From: an uncultured Chloroflexia bacterium
Lineage (GTDB): Bacteria > Chloroflexota > Limnocylindria > Limnocylindrales > CSP1-4
NCBI GenBank assembly: GCA_963819655.1
Contig: CAWFXA010000002.1
Coordinates: 352,001 to 416,000, forward strand
DNA length: 64,000 nt
Direction: 5' to 3'
The notes beneath the pieces are model-generated. The model did no database searches. It was not told the DNA's origin and worked only from the letters and a program-made list of their open reading frames with translations. Of this stretch, positions 1 to 9,987 are shown one piece after another. A program made the translations under genes and the position numbers. Every line of letters begins with the position of its first letter. Position 1 is the first letter of the stretch.

Positions 1-239
1 TGCTCCTCAGGAGGACGCGGGTCATCCCGGCCCATCACGGCGAAGTCGATGGCCCGCGCGAGCAGGGCGGGCTTCGTGTGGAACACGAAGTAGACCGTCT
101 GGACGGCGACGCCGGCAGCCTCGGCGACCTGCGCCATCGTCGTGGCGGCATAGCCCTGGGTCGAGAACAGGCGGTGCGATGCCTCGACGATCTTCCAGTG
201 GGTGGCGCGGGACCGCTCCCGTCGGGTCAGGCTGGCCAT
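1..239 (-). CDS. TetR/AcrR family regulator (partial, runs off window start)
   Basis: Manual translation MASLTRRERSRATHWKIVEASHRLFSTQGYAATTMAQVAEAAGVAVQTVYFVFHTKPALL is a TetR HTH; not in the ORF track because it is truncated. Confidence 0.9.
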   Translation of the reverse strand, partial: MASLTRRERSRATHWKIVEASHRLFSTQGYAATTMAQVAEAAGVAVQTVYFVFHTKPALLARAIDFAVMGRDDPRPPEE

Positions 240-249
240 GCGGAACCTC

Positions 250-307
250 TTGACATCCGTCGCGAAGGCGATACTATCCGACCTCTCACTAGAGTGCACA
301 CTAGTGA
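250..307 (+). promoter_or_regulatory. sigma70 promoter with palindromic TetR-type operator
   Basis: TTGACA 250-255, 16 nt spacer, TACTAT 272-277; near-perfect 22-bp palindrome TCACTAGAGTGCACACTAGTGA 286-307 between divergent tetR and SRPBCC. Confidence 0.8.
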
Positions 308-338
308 TACCGCCAGTTCACTGGGGAAGGACCTACGG

Positions 339-782
339 ATGATCAGCGTGGAGACACGGATCGAGATCGCGCGGCCGGCCGCCGACGTGTTCGCGTTCGT
401 CAGCGACCAGACGAACGCGCCGCGCTGGCAGTCCGGGCTCGACGAGGTCCATCGCCTTACACCGGGTCCTATCCGGGTAGGGTCAGAGCACAGCTTCATT
501 CGCCGGTTCGCCGGTCGGCGGATCGAGTCGAGGAACAAGTTCGTCGCGTTCGAGCCCGGTCGCTTCGTCGCCTTCGACATCCCGCCCGGGGGCGGAGTGA
601 CCGGAGAGGCGTCCTACCTCGTCGAGCCGACCAGCGCCTCCAGCAGCGCGTTGACCAGTCGCGTCCAACTCCGCTTCTCCGGACTGGGTCGGCTCATCGA
701 GCCGTTCATGGGACGTGTGCTGCGCCGCGACGTCCAACGGGATGATCAGGTGCTAAGGGCCCTGCTGGAAGCGGAGGCGTAG
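339..782 (+). CDS. SRPBCC / polyketide cyclase-like protein
   Basis: MISVETRIEIARPAADVFAFVSDQTNAPRW is a typical SRPBCC N-terminus; GGAAGGA RBS upstream. Confidence 0.85.
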   Translation: MISVETRIEIARPAADVFAFVSDQTNAPRWQSGLDEVHRLTPGPIRVGSEHSFIRRFAGRRIESRNKFVAFEPGRFVAFDIPPGGGVTGEASYLVEPTSASSSALTSRVQLRFSGLGRLIEPFMGRVLRRDVQRDDQVLRALLEAEA

Positions 783-790
783 GCCAGGAC

Positions 791-1249
791 ATGACCGGAG
801 TTCGTGTGGATCGGGATCGCCCTGGGGCCGCGGACCCCGTGACCGCGACGGCGGCGGTCCCCGGTGTCGCGCGTGGTGCAGCGGTGGTGTGCTGGGTGTA
901 CGCGGCCGGATACGGGCTGGCCGCGTTGCCGATCGCGGCCTATGCACTCCGGGAACGGGAGCTGCCGTGGCTCGGCGACCTGTTCCCGATGTATGGCGGC
1001 CCGTGGTGGGGCCCGTTGAGTCCCGAGGCGTTCGCCGCGACACTCGTCGGATACGCGGGTGTCACCGCAGCGGTCGCGTGGGGCGGGTGGTTGATGTGGC
1101 GGGGACGCCGCTCTGGAGCCGTGCTTGCCGTCGCCATGATCCCGATCGAGGCAGTCTTCTGGTACGGCTACGCCCTGCCGATCCCGCCCGCCCTGGCGCT
1201 CCTGCGGGTCGGCCTGATCGCCGCAGCCTGGCCCCGCCTCCGCCGTTGA
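791..1249 (+). CDS. small integral membrane protein
   Basis: About 4 hydrophobic segments; 8 nt after SRPBCC with AGGAC RBS. Confidence 0.7.
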   Translation: MTGVRVDRDRPGAADPVTATAAVPGVARGAAVVCWVYAAGYGLAALPIAAYALRERELPWLGDLFPMYGGPWWGPLSPEAFAATLVGYAGVTAAVAWGGWLMWRGRRSGAVLAVAMIPIEAVFWYGYALPIPPALALLRVGLIAAAWPRLRR

Positions 1250-1465
1250 TCGACCCGGACGCGAAGCAGGTGCGTGCTGTCCACGACCGTCACGCCTGCC
1301 GCCTCGACGCAGCGAGCCACTCATCCCGCCCCTCGATCGGGATCGTGTAGGTTGCAGCCAAGCGCCCCACACCTGTCGGGCGCGCCAGTACGAATGTTCT
1401 CGACCATCGAGCGATCGGTCGGCCTGACTCGGCCCAGAGAGTGAGAGAGAAGCGACTTCCGGCGC

Positions 1466-2140
1466 TCACGCGCCGGCTAGCCTCTGCTCGCTCGCCTCGA
1501 GTCGCCGCGCCAACCCGTCGAGCAGCAGGTCGAGCCCGAACGTGAACTCGAGCGGGACGCCACCCTCCTGCCCGACCATCGTCGCCATGGCGATCAGGTT
1601 CGGATAGCGCTCCGGGTCGAGGCCTGCGGCGAGCTCGGTCGCGACCTCGGCGTACTCGTCGACGCCGAACGGCCAACTCGCGACCTGCATGGTGAAGCCG
1701 TACAGGTGGCTATCCAGCGCGCCGAAGGCGTGCCCGACATCCTGGAGCGAGAAGCCCGCCTCGTGCAGCACGCCGACGACGGCATCGAGAAAGGCGAGGC
1801 GTGCCGGGCCCGGATCGAAGTCGGACTCCAGCAGCGGCCCGGCCCAAGGGTGGCGGGACAGGACGGCGTACGCGGCGATCGAGCTCGCGCGGATCGCCAT
1901 GCGCCAGTCGACGTCGCGAGACGGGAGCTCGAACTCGGACGCGACCCGGTCGGCGATTCCCGCCAGGACATCGTTCTTGTCGGCGACGTGCTTGTACAGC
2001 GACATCGCTTCCACACCGAGCTGCTGCCCGAGGCGCCGCATCGTGACCGCCCCGAGCCCCTCGCGGTCTGCCACCTCGACCGCGGCATCGATGATCCGCT
2101 CGCGGCTCAACGGGACCCGAGAGGGCTTCGCCTTGGCCAT
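1466..2140 (-). CDS. TetR family regulator with TetR_C domain
   Basis: LSRERIIDAAVEVADREGLGAVTMRRLGQQLGVEAMSLYKHV...FTFGLDLLLDGL. Confidence 0.92.
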   Translation of the reverse strand: MAKAKPSRVPLSRERIIDAAVEVADREGLGAVTMRRLGQQLGVEAMSLYKHVADKNDVLAGIADRVASEFELPSRDVDWRMAIRASSIAAYAVLSRHPWAGPLLESDFDPGPARLAFLDAVVGVLHEAGFSLQDVGHAFGALDSHLYGFTMQVASWPFGVDEYAEVATELAAGLDPERYPNLIAMATMVGQEGGVPLEFTFGLDLLLDGLARRLEASEQRLAGA

Positions 2141-2155
2141 CGTCCTCCTTCGGGG

Positions 2156-2213
2156 TTGACAGGCTTACAACGTAATCCTACGATGCCCTGCATTCAAGCT
2201 TACGTTGTAAGCC
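2156..2213 (+). promoter_or_regulatory. sigma70 promoter with two TetR operators
   Basis: TTGACA 2156-2161, 17 nt, TACGAT 2179-2184; GGCTTACAACGTAA 2162-2175 and its exact inverse TTACGTTGTAAGCC 2200-2213, each a TTAC-N3-GTAA palindrome. Confidence 0.85.
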
Positions 2214-2227
2214 GCAAGGAGCGCCAG

Positions 2228-2794
2228 ATGAACCCGATCCTCGCCTTTGTCCTCGCCGCCGCCGGCGTCCTCGTCACGGGTGCCGTGCTGTTCGTCTTTG
2301 GGATGCGCACGAAAGCGCCCATCGTGCAGGGCGCCATCATCGCCGTCAGCAAGTGGGTGATGAACCCGCGCCAGATGCGGACCGCGGGACGCCCCGGCGC
2401 GTACGCCGGCATCGTCCGCCAACGCGGGCGCGTGACGGGGCGCGCCTACGAGACGCCGGTCGGCATCGTCGCCGTGCCTGACGGCTGGCTGATCGCCCTG
2501 CCGTACGGGACGAGGACCCAATGGCTGCGCAACGTCCTGGCGGCGGGTCGCGCGGAGATCGTCGTCGAGGGCGAGACGCACCAGGTCGACCGACCCGAGC
2601 TCGTGCCGACGGCCAGCTACGCGACGGCGTTCTCTTCCACCGACCAGCGGCTGTTCCGCTGGCTCGCGGTGAACGAGTGCCTGCGCTTGCGGGTCGCCGC
2701 GGGCGAGGATCAGCCCGCGGGGGCCTCGAGCTCCCCGGGATCGGCGAACGCACGCTCGCCGCGCGAGGCCCCCGCGGCCATCGCCTCGCGGTAG
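2228..2794 (+). CDS. nitroreductase-family deazaflavin (F420)-dependent oxidoreductase
   Basis: RGRVTGRAYETPV...ALPYGTRTQWLRNVLAAG motif; AAGGAG RBS before ATG 2228. Confidence 0.82.
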   Translation: MNPILAFVLAAAGVLVTGAVLFVFGMRTKAPIVQGAIIAVSKWVMNPRQMRTAGRPGAYAGIVRQRGRVTGRAYETPVGIVAVPDGWLIALPYGTRTQWLRNVLAAGRAEIVVEGETHQVDRPELVPTASYATAFSSTDQRLFRWLAVNECLRLRVAAGEDQPAGASSSPGSANARSPREAPAAIASR

Positions 2795-3023
2795 GCGCCG
2801 ACCGCGGCGTCGACGTGGCCGCGGGGTCGGACTCGTACGTCGGCCAGTGGGCGTTCATCACCTCGAACAGCCGGCGGCCGTAGACGCTGGCCTCAGTCGC
2901 GCGAAGTCGTTCGTTGAACCAGGTGTGCAGCTCGTCGTCGGTGATCGCCCAGTCGAGCGAGTGATCCGGCGTCTCGATGTAGCCGTCGAGCGAGACGTTC
3001 ATCAAGAAGATGACTTTGCCCAT
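2710..3023 (-). pseudogene. truncated dihydrofolate reductase/RibD-C family gene joined to a foreign C-terminal fragment
   Basis: MGKVIFLMNVSLDGYIE...YGRRLFEVMNAHWP; family similarity stops after about 70 aa. Confidence 0.7.
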
Positions 3024-3138
3024 GGCGGCATCGTCCTCGACGGGACGTCCCTGGATCAGGCACCTTCGGCGTCGAAATTGCTCAATCGCCGCGATCCGAT
3101 CGGGCGCGGCTCCTACTCCCGCGGATGTATGCGCTCTC

Positions 3139-3186
3139 TTGACACCGTCATGTATCGTGCGACGGTGAGCGTGAATGCGCATTCAC
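3139..3186 (+). promoter_or_regulatory. promoter and LacI-type operator
   Basis: TTGACA 3139-3144; perfect palindrome GTGAATGCGCATTCAC 3171-3186 with LacI-type central CG. Confidence 0.8.
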
Positions 3187-3205
3187 AGTCTGCCATTGGT
3201 GGACG

Positions 3206-4304
3206 ATGAGGAGCTTCCCCCAGGCGATGCCCCCACGGAGAGACGACGGACGGCACCCGGCGACTACCGGGGCGGACCGGGGCGTGACGATGGACGAGGT
3301 CGCCCGCGTTGCGGGTGTCTCGCAGGCGACCGTGTCGCGGGTCGTGAACGGCAATCCACGGGTGAGCCCGGAAACCAAGGTCCTCGTCGAGCGGACGATC
3401 GAACGACTGAAGTTCGTCCCGAACATCGCGGCCCGGACGCTGGTCACCCGCCGCAGCGACTCGATCGGCGTCCTGATCCCGGAGCCGACCTCGCGGGTCT
3501 TCGGCGATCCATTCTTCGCCCAGGTCCTGCGCGGCGTCAGCTCGGCACTCACGGCCCGGCGCCTCAAGCTGGTCCTATTCCTCCCCCAGAGCCAGGGGGA
3601 GGAGGGCGAGCTGCAGGGTTATCTCATCGCCGGCCACGTCGACGGCGTGATCATGTATTCGCTGCACGGCAACGATCCGCTGCCGGAACGGCTCCGTCGG
3701 CGGGGCGTCCCGGTCGTCGTCGGAGGCCGGCCGCCGTCGGGTGCCCGGGTGAGCTACGTCGACTACGACAACCGCGGGGGCGCCCAGTCGGCCACCGCGC
3801 ACCTGATTGCCACCGGCCGGCAAGTCATCGCCACGATCACCGGTCCGCCCGATATGTCCGCCGCGATCGACCGCCTCGACGGCCATCACGACGCGCTGAC
3901 TGCGGCAGGTCACGGGATTGATGCGGGCTTGGAGGCTGCCGGCGACTTCACCCAGGAGAGCGGCGCGCGCGCCATGGAGCAGCTGCTGATCCGGCGGCCC
4001 GATCTGGATGCCGTCTTCGCCGCCAACGACGTGATGGCGACAGGTGCCCTGCCAGGTCCTGGAGCGTGCCGGCCGACGGGTTCCCGATGACGTCGCCGTC
4101 GTCGGCTTCGATGACCTGCCGCTCGCCCTGGCCAGCCACCCGCCGCTGTCGAGCGTCCGCCAGTCGCTCGACGTGATGGGACAGGAGCTCGTCCACGTGC
4201 TGCTCCAGAGCATCGAGAACCGCGACTCGGTCGCCCGAAAGGTGGTGCTCGAGACGCAATTGATCGTCCGCCAGTCGAGTGGAGGGCCGCGTTCGACAAG
4301 ATGA
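3206..4304 (+). CDS. LacI family regulator (frameshift near 4050)
   Basis: VTMDEVARVAGVSQATVSRVVN HTH; C-terminus VPDDVAVVGFDD...LIVRQS continues in frame 4044..4304; start could be ATG 3290. Confidence 0.88.
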
Positions 4305-4413
4305 GAGTCCCACGGCAAACGGGTCATGGGCCGGCCTGCGCGCCGGCTGCATTCGCGCCGAAGGCCGGGGCAACGGCTCCGGTCCCAACGGCGTCTCAGG
4401 AGGAGGACAACGC

Positions 4414-5781
4414 ATGCCAAGGCTGATCTCCCTGGTGGCCACCCTGGCCATCGTCGCCGCCGGTTGCGGCGGAACCCCGGCCAGCCCCACGGGGGCGGCG
4501 ACCAATCCACCGTCGGCGCCGGCGAGCCCCGGTGCGTCGGGTCAAGGGCTGGCGTCGCTCGCCCCGACGACCCTGCGCGTCCTGGTCCACCAGAACCCGC
4601 CCTTCACCGAGTTCATGAACACATTCAACGCGGACTTCCAGGCCAACCACCCGGGCGTCACCGTCGACATGTCGGTCGTCGCCCCGGCCGATCTCGCAAC
4701 GACGACCCAGACCCGCCTCGACGGCCAACGACGTCGACGTCGTCGACATGTTCGCCTTCGACACCGCGGTCCAGCCGTTCATGAAGGAGGCCACACCGCC
4801 GATCTGGCAGACCCTCGCAGACGCCGGCAGCCTGCTGGACCTGACCGACCAGCCGTTCGTCCAGAACTACGACCCCAGCGCGATCACCGACGCCGGCACG
4901 TACAACGGCAAGGTCTACGAGATCAACCTCGCCCGGGTCGGTTTCAGTGGCCTCTACATCAACAAGGACCTCTTCGCCGCCAACAACGTGGCGGTGCCCA
5001 CGACGTGGAGCGAGCTCGTCGCTGCCTGCCAGACGTTCAAGACCGCCAACGTGCCGTGCATGACCGCGGGCGGCCAGGACTGCTGGCCGATCTTCGTCAC
5101 TGGCTACGGCATCCTCGGCTCGTCGTTCCCCGATCAGGCAGCGTACGTCGAGGGCCTGTGGACCGGCACGATCAAGTACAACGACGCGGCCAACCTCGAG
5201 ATGTGGGAGAAGCTCCAGGTCCTGGCCCAGGACATGATCGAGCCGGGTGCGAGCGGCATCGCCGCGGACGGCGCTCCGGGACGGTTCGCCACCGGCGAGG
5301 TCGCTACGCTGTCGGGCTTCACCTGGCTCGCACCGGCGATCGAGGCTGCCCAGCCGTCGTTCGACTGGGACTTCATCACCTTCCCCGGCAGTGACAACGC
5401 CGACGACAACAAGTACGTCTTCGGCAAGTACGACCAGGGCTGGACGATCAACGCCAACACTCCGAACAAGGACGCCGCCCTCGCGTACCTCAGCCGAGTT
5501 CTCGGATCCGGCCAACTACCAGGAGTTCGTGACGGCCGTCGGGGCCATCCCGACCCAGCCGACTGCGACGCTCGACACCAAGCTCGGCCAGGCGATCGCG
5601 CCGAGCCTCGAGAACTTCCGGATCGGCTGGGAGCGATACTGGATCGCACCCAAGGGCGCCGGCGAGTTCGCGTTCCCGTATGCCACGTTCTTCACAGCCG
5701 TTCGGCACGTTCGCGACCGCCGAGGAGGCAGCGAACGCCGCCCAGACCGACCTCCAGGCCGGTCTCGACTCGCTCAAGTAA
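4414..5781 (+). CDS. sugar ABC transporter substrate-binding lipoprotein (frameshifts near 4720, 5495, 5700)
   Basis: Lipobox AAGC; GGAGGAGG RBS; SBP sequence spread over three frames. Confidence 0.85.
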
Positions 5782-5794
5782 CACTTAGGCGCGA

Positions 5795-5830
5795 AACGGG
5801 CTCCGGGGCCGCAGCGCTTCGGAGCCCGTT
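5795..5830 (+). terminator. intercistronic stem-loop after SBP gene (stabiliser/partial terminator)
   Basis: AACGGGCTCCG...CGGAGCCCGTT perfect 11-bp arms. Confidence 0.6.
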
Positions 5831-5846
5831 CAACGAGCGAGGAGAC

Positions 5847-6770
5847 ATGACGTACCTGTTCGGGCGGGGCGCGTCGCGGGCCCTGCCCTACGGCCTGCTC
5901 CTGCCGGGGCTCGGTCTGTACGTGCTGCTGGCCCTGGGCCCGTCGCTGGCGACGGTCGTCTACTCACTGACCGACACCAACGGGCTGACGCCGGCGCCGC
6001 TCAACTTCATCGGCCTCGACAACTACCACGAGTTCCTGTTCCAGGGTGCCGCGGCCGGGCAGAACATCGAGGCCCTGATCCGGACGCTGATCTTCTGCGT
6101 GGCGGTGACCGTCGTCCAGTTCGGTCTCGGGCTGCTGGCCGCAGTCCTGCTGAACCAGGGCCTCGCCGGAACGCGCTGGTTCCGGGCCCTGTTCTTTCTG
6201 CCGGTCATCCTCGGGGTCACGATCCAGGGCCTGATCTGGCGGCTGTTCCTCTATCCGCTCGGCGGCCCGGTCGACTCGCTGCTGGGCGTGTTCGGTGCCC
6301 AGTCGGAGCTGCTCGGCGGCCGGGATGCCTTCATGTGGGTCATCGTCGTTCAGATCTGGGCAAACATGGGTATCACGATGGTCATCTTCCTGGCCGGGCT
6401 CCAGACGATCCCCGACGAGCTTCACGAGGCGGCCAGGATCGACGGGGCAAGCCGCCGGCAGGGCTTCTGGCACGTCACGTGGCCGCTGCTCACGCCGAGC
6501 GTCAGCACGAACCTGCTGCTCAGCGTCATCGGCTCGCTGCAGGCCTGGCAGCTGTTCCTCGTCCTCACGGGCTACCGGCCGGGGACCCAGGTCCTCGGGT
6601 ACGTGGTCTATGCGCAGGCCTTCGGCCAGACATCCGGCAGCACGACGTCGAACAGCTTCCGCCAGGGCTACGGCGCGGCCGCGTCGGTCGTGCTGTTCGT
6701 GCTCGTCTTGGTCGTCGGCCTGTCCGTGCAGTGGTACCTGCGGCGGCGGGAGGAGCGGCTCCTGGGATGA
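5847..6770 (+). CDS. carbohydrate ABC permease (MalF-like)
   Basis: EAA loop LHEAARIDGASRRQ; multiple TM segments. Confidence 0.92.
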   Translation: MTYLFGRGASRALPYGLLLPGLGLYVLLALGPSLATVVYSLTDTNGLTPAPLNFIGLDNYHEFLFQGAAAGQNIEALIRTLIFCVAVTVVQFGLGLLAAVLLNQGLAGTRWFRALFFLPVILGVTIQGLIWRLFLYPLGGPVDSLLGVFGAQSELLGGRDAFMWVIVVQIWANMGITMVIFLAGLQTIPDELHEAARIDGASRRQGFWHVTWPLLTPSVSTNLLLSVIGSLQAWQLFLVLTGYRPGTQVLGYVVYAQAFGQTSGSTTSNSFRQGYGAAASVVLFVLVLVVGLSVQWYLRRREERLLG

Positions 6771-7645
6771 ATGCACTGACGGCTGCTCGCGTCCTCCTCG
6801 ACGAGCGGACGCGCGCCCGCCGCGTCGGGTGGCGGCGCCCCGCGACCGGGCGGCTGCTGGCCTACGGCGTGCTGATCCTGCTGGCGATCGTCTACATCGG
6901 ACCGCTGCTGATGCTCGTCAACACGGCGCTCAAGACGCAGCCGGAGTTCGCCAAGAACCCGGTCGGGCTGACGACGAGCTTCACCTTCGGCAACTTCGGC
7001 GAGGCATGGCAGAAGGCGAGCATCGCCCAGTACCTCGCCAACTCGGTCTTCTACACGACGGTGGCGACGGTCCTGTACGTGATTTCCGTCCTGCCGCTGT
7101 CGGTCGCGATCGCCCGTCGCCACGTCCGCGGCTGGAACGTCCTGTACATCCTGTTCGTGCTGGCGCTGTTCCTGCCGATCGCCCTGATCCCCCAGTTCCA
7201 GCTGATCCTGCACCTCCATCTCTACAACACCCAGGTCGGCTACATCCTGCTGTTCCTGGCGAACCCGATCGGGGTGCTGATCCTCGTCGCCTATATCCGC
7301 TCGATCCCCCGTGATCTCGACGAGGCGGCCGCCATCGATGGCGCCGGCTACATCCGCTACGTCTTCCGGATCGTGCTGCCGCTCACCAAGCCTGCCATCG
7401 CCACCGTCGCGATCCTCCACGCGATCGGGATCTGGAACGACCTGATCGTGGCGACGATCTATCTCACGAACAAGGCGTCCTACCCGGTGACGCGCGGCCT
7501 GATCGTCTTCACCGGCATCTACGGGAACAACTGGCCGCTCCTCGCGGCCGCCGTGCTGATGCTCGCGGTGCCGATGGTCGTGCTCTTCCTGTTCCTCCAG
7601 CGCTACATCATCAGTGGCTTCACCGCGGGCTCGCTGCGTGGCTGA
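6767..7645 (+). CDS. carbohydrate ABC permease (MalG-like)
   Basis: LDEAAAIDGA motif; QRYIISGFTAGSLRG C-terminus; ATGA overlap. Confidence 0.92.
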   Translation: MNALTAARVLLDERTRARRVGWRRPATGRLLAYGVLILLAIVYIGPLLMLVNTALKTQPEFAKNPVGLTTSFTFGNFGEAWQKASIAQYLANSVFYTTVATVLYVISVLPLSVAIARRHVRGWNVLYILFVLALFLPIALIPQFQLILHLHLYNTQVGYILLFLANPIGVLILVAYIRSIPRDLDEAAAIDGAGYIRYVFRIVLPLTKPAIATVAILHAIGIWNDLIVATIYLTNKASYPVTRGLIVFTGIYGNNWPLLAAAVLMLAVPMVVLFLFLQRYIISGFTAGSLRG

Positions 7646-9020
7646 CTTTCCGCCGGACTTTGTCTGGGGGGTGACGACGTCGGCCTACCAGATCGAGGGA
7701 GCCGAACGAGCCGGCGGACGGGGCCCGTCGATCTGGGACACCTTCACCCGGCGCCCGGGCGCCGTCCGCAACGGCGACACCGGCGCCGTGGCGACCGGCC
7801 ACTACGATCGCTACCGTCAGGACATCGCGCTGATGCGCGATCTAGGTATCCGGGCCTACCGCTTCTCGATCGCCTGGCCCCGGATCCAGCCGACCGGCTC
7901 CGGTGCACCGCTGCCGGCCGGCCTCGACTTCTACCGACGCGTCCTCGAGGCCCTCCACGACGCGGGCATCGAGCCCATCCCAGTGCTCTACCACTGGGAC
8001 CTACCACAGGCATTGGAGGACGCGGGCGGCTGGCCGGTCCGCGAGACGGCCCTCCGGTTCGCCGACTACACCGCCGTCGTGGCCCGGGCACTAGGACCGC
8101 TCGCGGTTCGGTGGGGAACGCTGAACGAGCCCTGGTGCAGCAGCTTTTTGGGGTACTCCTCCGGGGTCCACGCTCCCGGCCGGCGCGAGCCGGCGGCGGC
8201 TATCGCAGCAGTCCATCACCTCCTGCTGGGCCACGGCCTCGGAGCCCAAGCGATCCGCGCGGAAACCCCGACTGCGCGCGTCGGCGTCGCCGTCAACCTG
8301 ACCAATGCGCGGGCGGTGCCGGGGGCGGAGGGCGCCCAACTCGACGACGGGTTGCGCCGGATCGACGGCCTCCACAACCGGCTGTTCCTCGAGCCGCTCG
8401 TGCGCGGCGCCTACCCGGCGGATGTCGTCGAGGACGTCGAGGGGATCGGCCGCCTACCGGTCCGGCCGGGCGACCTCGAGACCATAGCAGTGCCGCTCGA
8501 CTGGCTCGGAGTGAACTACTACTCGGACCGCGAGTTCACCCTCGCCGACGCATCGCCGTCGACGATCGCCGAGGTCTTCCCGGGTGTCACGACGCTGCGC
8601 GACGCACCGGTCACGAACCCTACCGACAGCGGCTGGCCGGTGACCCCGCAGGGCCTGCGCGACCTCCTCATCCGGCTAGGCGCGGACTACCCGGACCTGC
8701 CGCCGATACTGATCACCGAGAACGGTGCCGCTTACGACGATCCGCCGGCCCCGGACGGGTCGATCGACGACAGGCGCCGAATCGGCTATCTCGAGGCCCA
8801 CGTCCGGGCGGTCGGGGAGGCGATCGCGGCCGGCGTCGACATCGACGGCTACTTCGTGTGGTCGCTGCTCGATAACTTCGAGTGGGCCGAGGGATATGCC
8901 AAGCGGTTCGGCCTTGTCCATGTCGACTTCGCGTCGTTGGTCCGCACGCCGCGGGCCAGCGCGAGCTGGTATCGATCCGTGATCGCGCGGAACGGGGTGC
9001 CGGTGCCACTCACCGGATGA
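7638..9020 (+). CDS. GH1 beta-glucosidase
   Basis: FVWGVTTSAYQIEG, catalytic TLNEP and ITENG, WSLLDNFEWAEG. Confidence 0.95.
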   Translation: MADFPPDFVWGVTTSAYQIEGAERAGGRGPSIWDTFTRRPGAVRNGDTGAVATGHYDRYRQDIALMRDLGIRAYRFSIAWPRIQPTGSGAPLPAGLDFYRRVLEALHDAGIEPIPVLYHWDLPQALEDAGGWPVRETALRFADYTAVVARALGPLAVRWGTLNEPWCSSFLGYSSGVHAPGRREPAAAIAAVHHLLLGHGLGAQAIRAETPTARVGVAVNLTNARAVPGAEGAQLDDGLRRIDGLHNRLFLEPLVRGAYPADVVEDVEGIGRLPVRPGDLETIAVPLDWLGVNYYSDREFTLADASPSTIAEVFPGVTTLRDAPVTNPTDSGWPVTPQGLRDLLIRLGADYPDLPPILITENGAAYDDPPAPDGSIDDRRRIGYLEAHVRAVGEAIAAGVDIDGYFVWSLLDNFEWAEGYAKRFGLVHVDFASLVRTPRASASWYRSVIARNGVPVPLTG

Positions 9021-9940
9021 GATGTCTTGCTGCGATCGCGCTGTCGCTCAACCTGACTTCGTGCGGAGGTTCCTCGATGGCCACGGACCCACCCGGTAGC
9101 CAGCCCGGGCCGTCGGTGGAGGCGGGCCTCCCGGGTGGGTCGGTGAACTCGTCGGCCGGCGAACCCTCGCCGGCCCAGGACCTGCAGCTGGCGTGGAGTG
9201 ACGAGTTCGACGAGCCCGAGGGCTCCCCGCCGAACCCAGCCCACTGGGACTACGCGCTCGGCGACGGCACGGCGGAGGGCATCCCCGGCTGGGGCAACAA
9301 CGAGCTCGAGACGTACACGGACCGGCCGGAGAATGCGTCCACGGACGGGGACGGTAACCTGGTGATCCGGGCGCTCGCCGCGGACGGGACGGAGGACTGC
9401 TGGAACGGTCCGTGCCAGTACACCTCGGCCAGACTGCTGACGGCCGGCAAGATCAGCGTCGGATTCGGCAGGATCGAGGCCCGCATCCAGGTCCCGGAGG
9501 GGGCGGGCCTGTGGCCCGCCTTCTGGATGCTGGGCACGAACATCGACCGGGTCGGCTGGCCGGACTCTGGCGAGATCGACATCATGGAGAACATCGGTCG
9601 CCAGCCGAACCGGCTGTACGGCACTATCCACGGCCCCGGCTACTCCGGCTCGGCCAATTTCGGCCAGACGATCGACCTCGACGAGCCGGTGGCCGCCGCG
9701 TTCCACGTCTTCGCGATCGACTGGGCGCCCGGCCTCATCGTCTGGAGCCTCGACGGTCGCGAGTACCACCGCGCGACGCCGGCCGATGTCGCGCCCAACG
9801 ACTGGCCGTTCGACCAGGAGTTCTTCCTCCTGCTCAATCTCGCGGTCGGGGGCAACCTCGGCGGTCCTGTCGCCCGCACGACGACCTTCCCGGCAGAGCT
9901 TCGGATCGACTATGTCCGGGTGTATGCCGCCAACCCATGA
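9017..9940 (+). CDS. GH16 laminarinase-like beta-1,3-glucanase lipoprotein
   Basis: WSDEF, GWGNNE, WPAFW, catalytic EIDIME; lipobox LTSC. Confidence 0.92.
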   Translation: MRCLAAIALSLNLTSCGGSSMATDPPGSQPGPSVEAGLPGGSVNSSAGEPSPAQDLQLAWSDEFDEPEGSPPNPAHWDYALGDGTAEGIPGWGNNELETYTDRPENASTDGDGNLVIRALAADGTEDCWNGPCQYTSARLLTAGKISVGFGRIEARIQVPEGAGLWPAFWMLGTNIDRVGWPDSGEIDIMENIGRQPNRLYGTIHGPGYSGSANFGQTIDLDEPVAAAFHVFAIDWAPGLIVWSLDGREYHRATPADVAPNDWPFDQEFFLLLNLAVGGNLGGPVARTTTFPAELRIDYVRVYAANP

Positions 9941-9987
9941 CCGGGGAAGCGGGCCCACCCAGTGGATCCGTGGCGGCTCCCGGGACC

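Noticed and set aside
4302-4400. Glycine riboswitch (GAGAG...CGCCGAAGG...GCAA...UCUCAGG)
   Set aside because: P3 pairing and spacing do not fit, and the context is sugar uptake
4700-5720. Programmed frameshifting in the sugar SBP gene
   Set aside because: No slippery heptamers or consistent signals; scattered indels look like sequencing error
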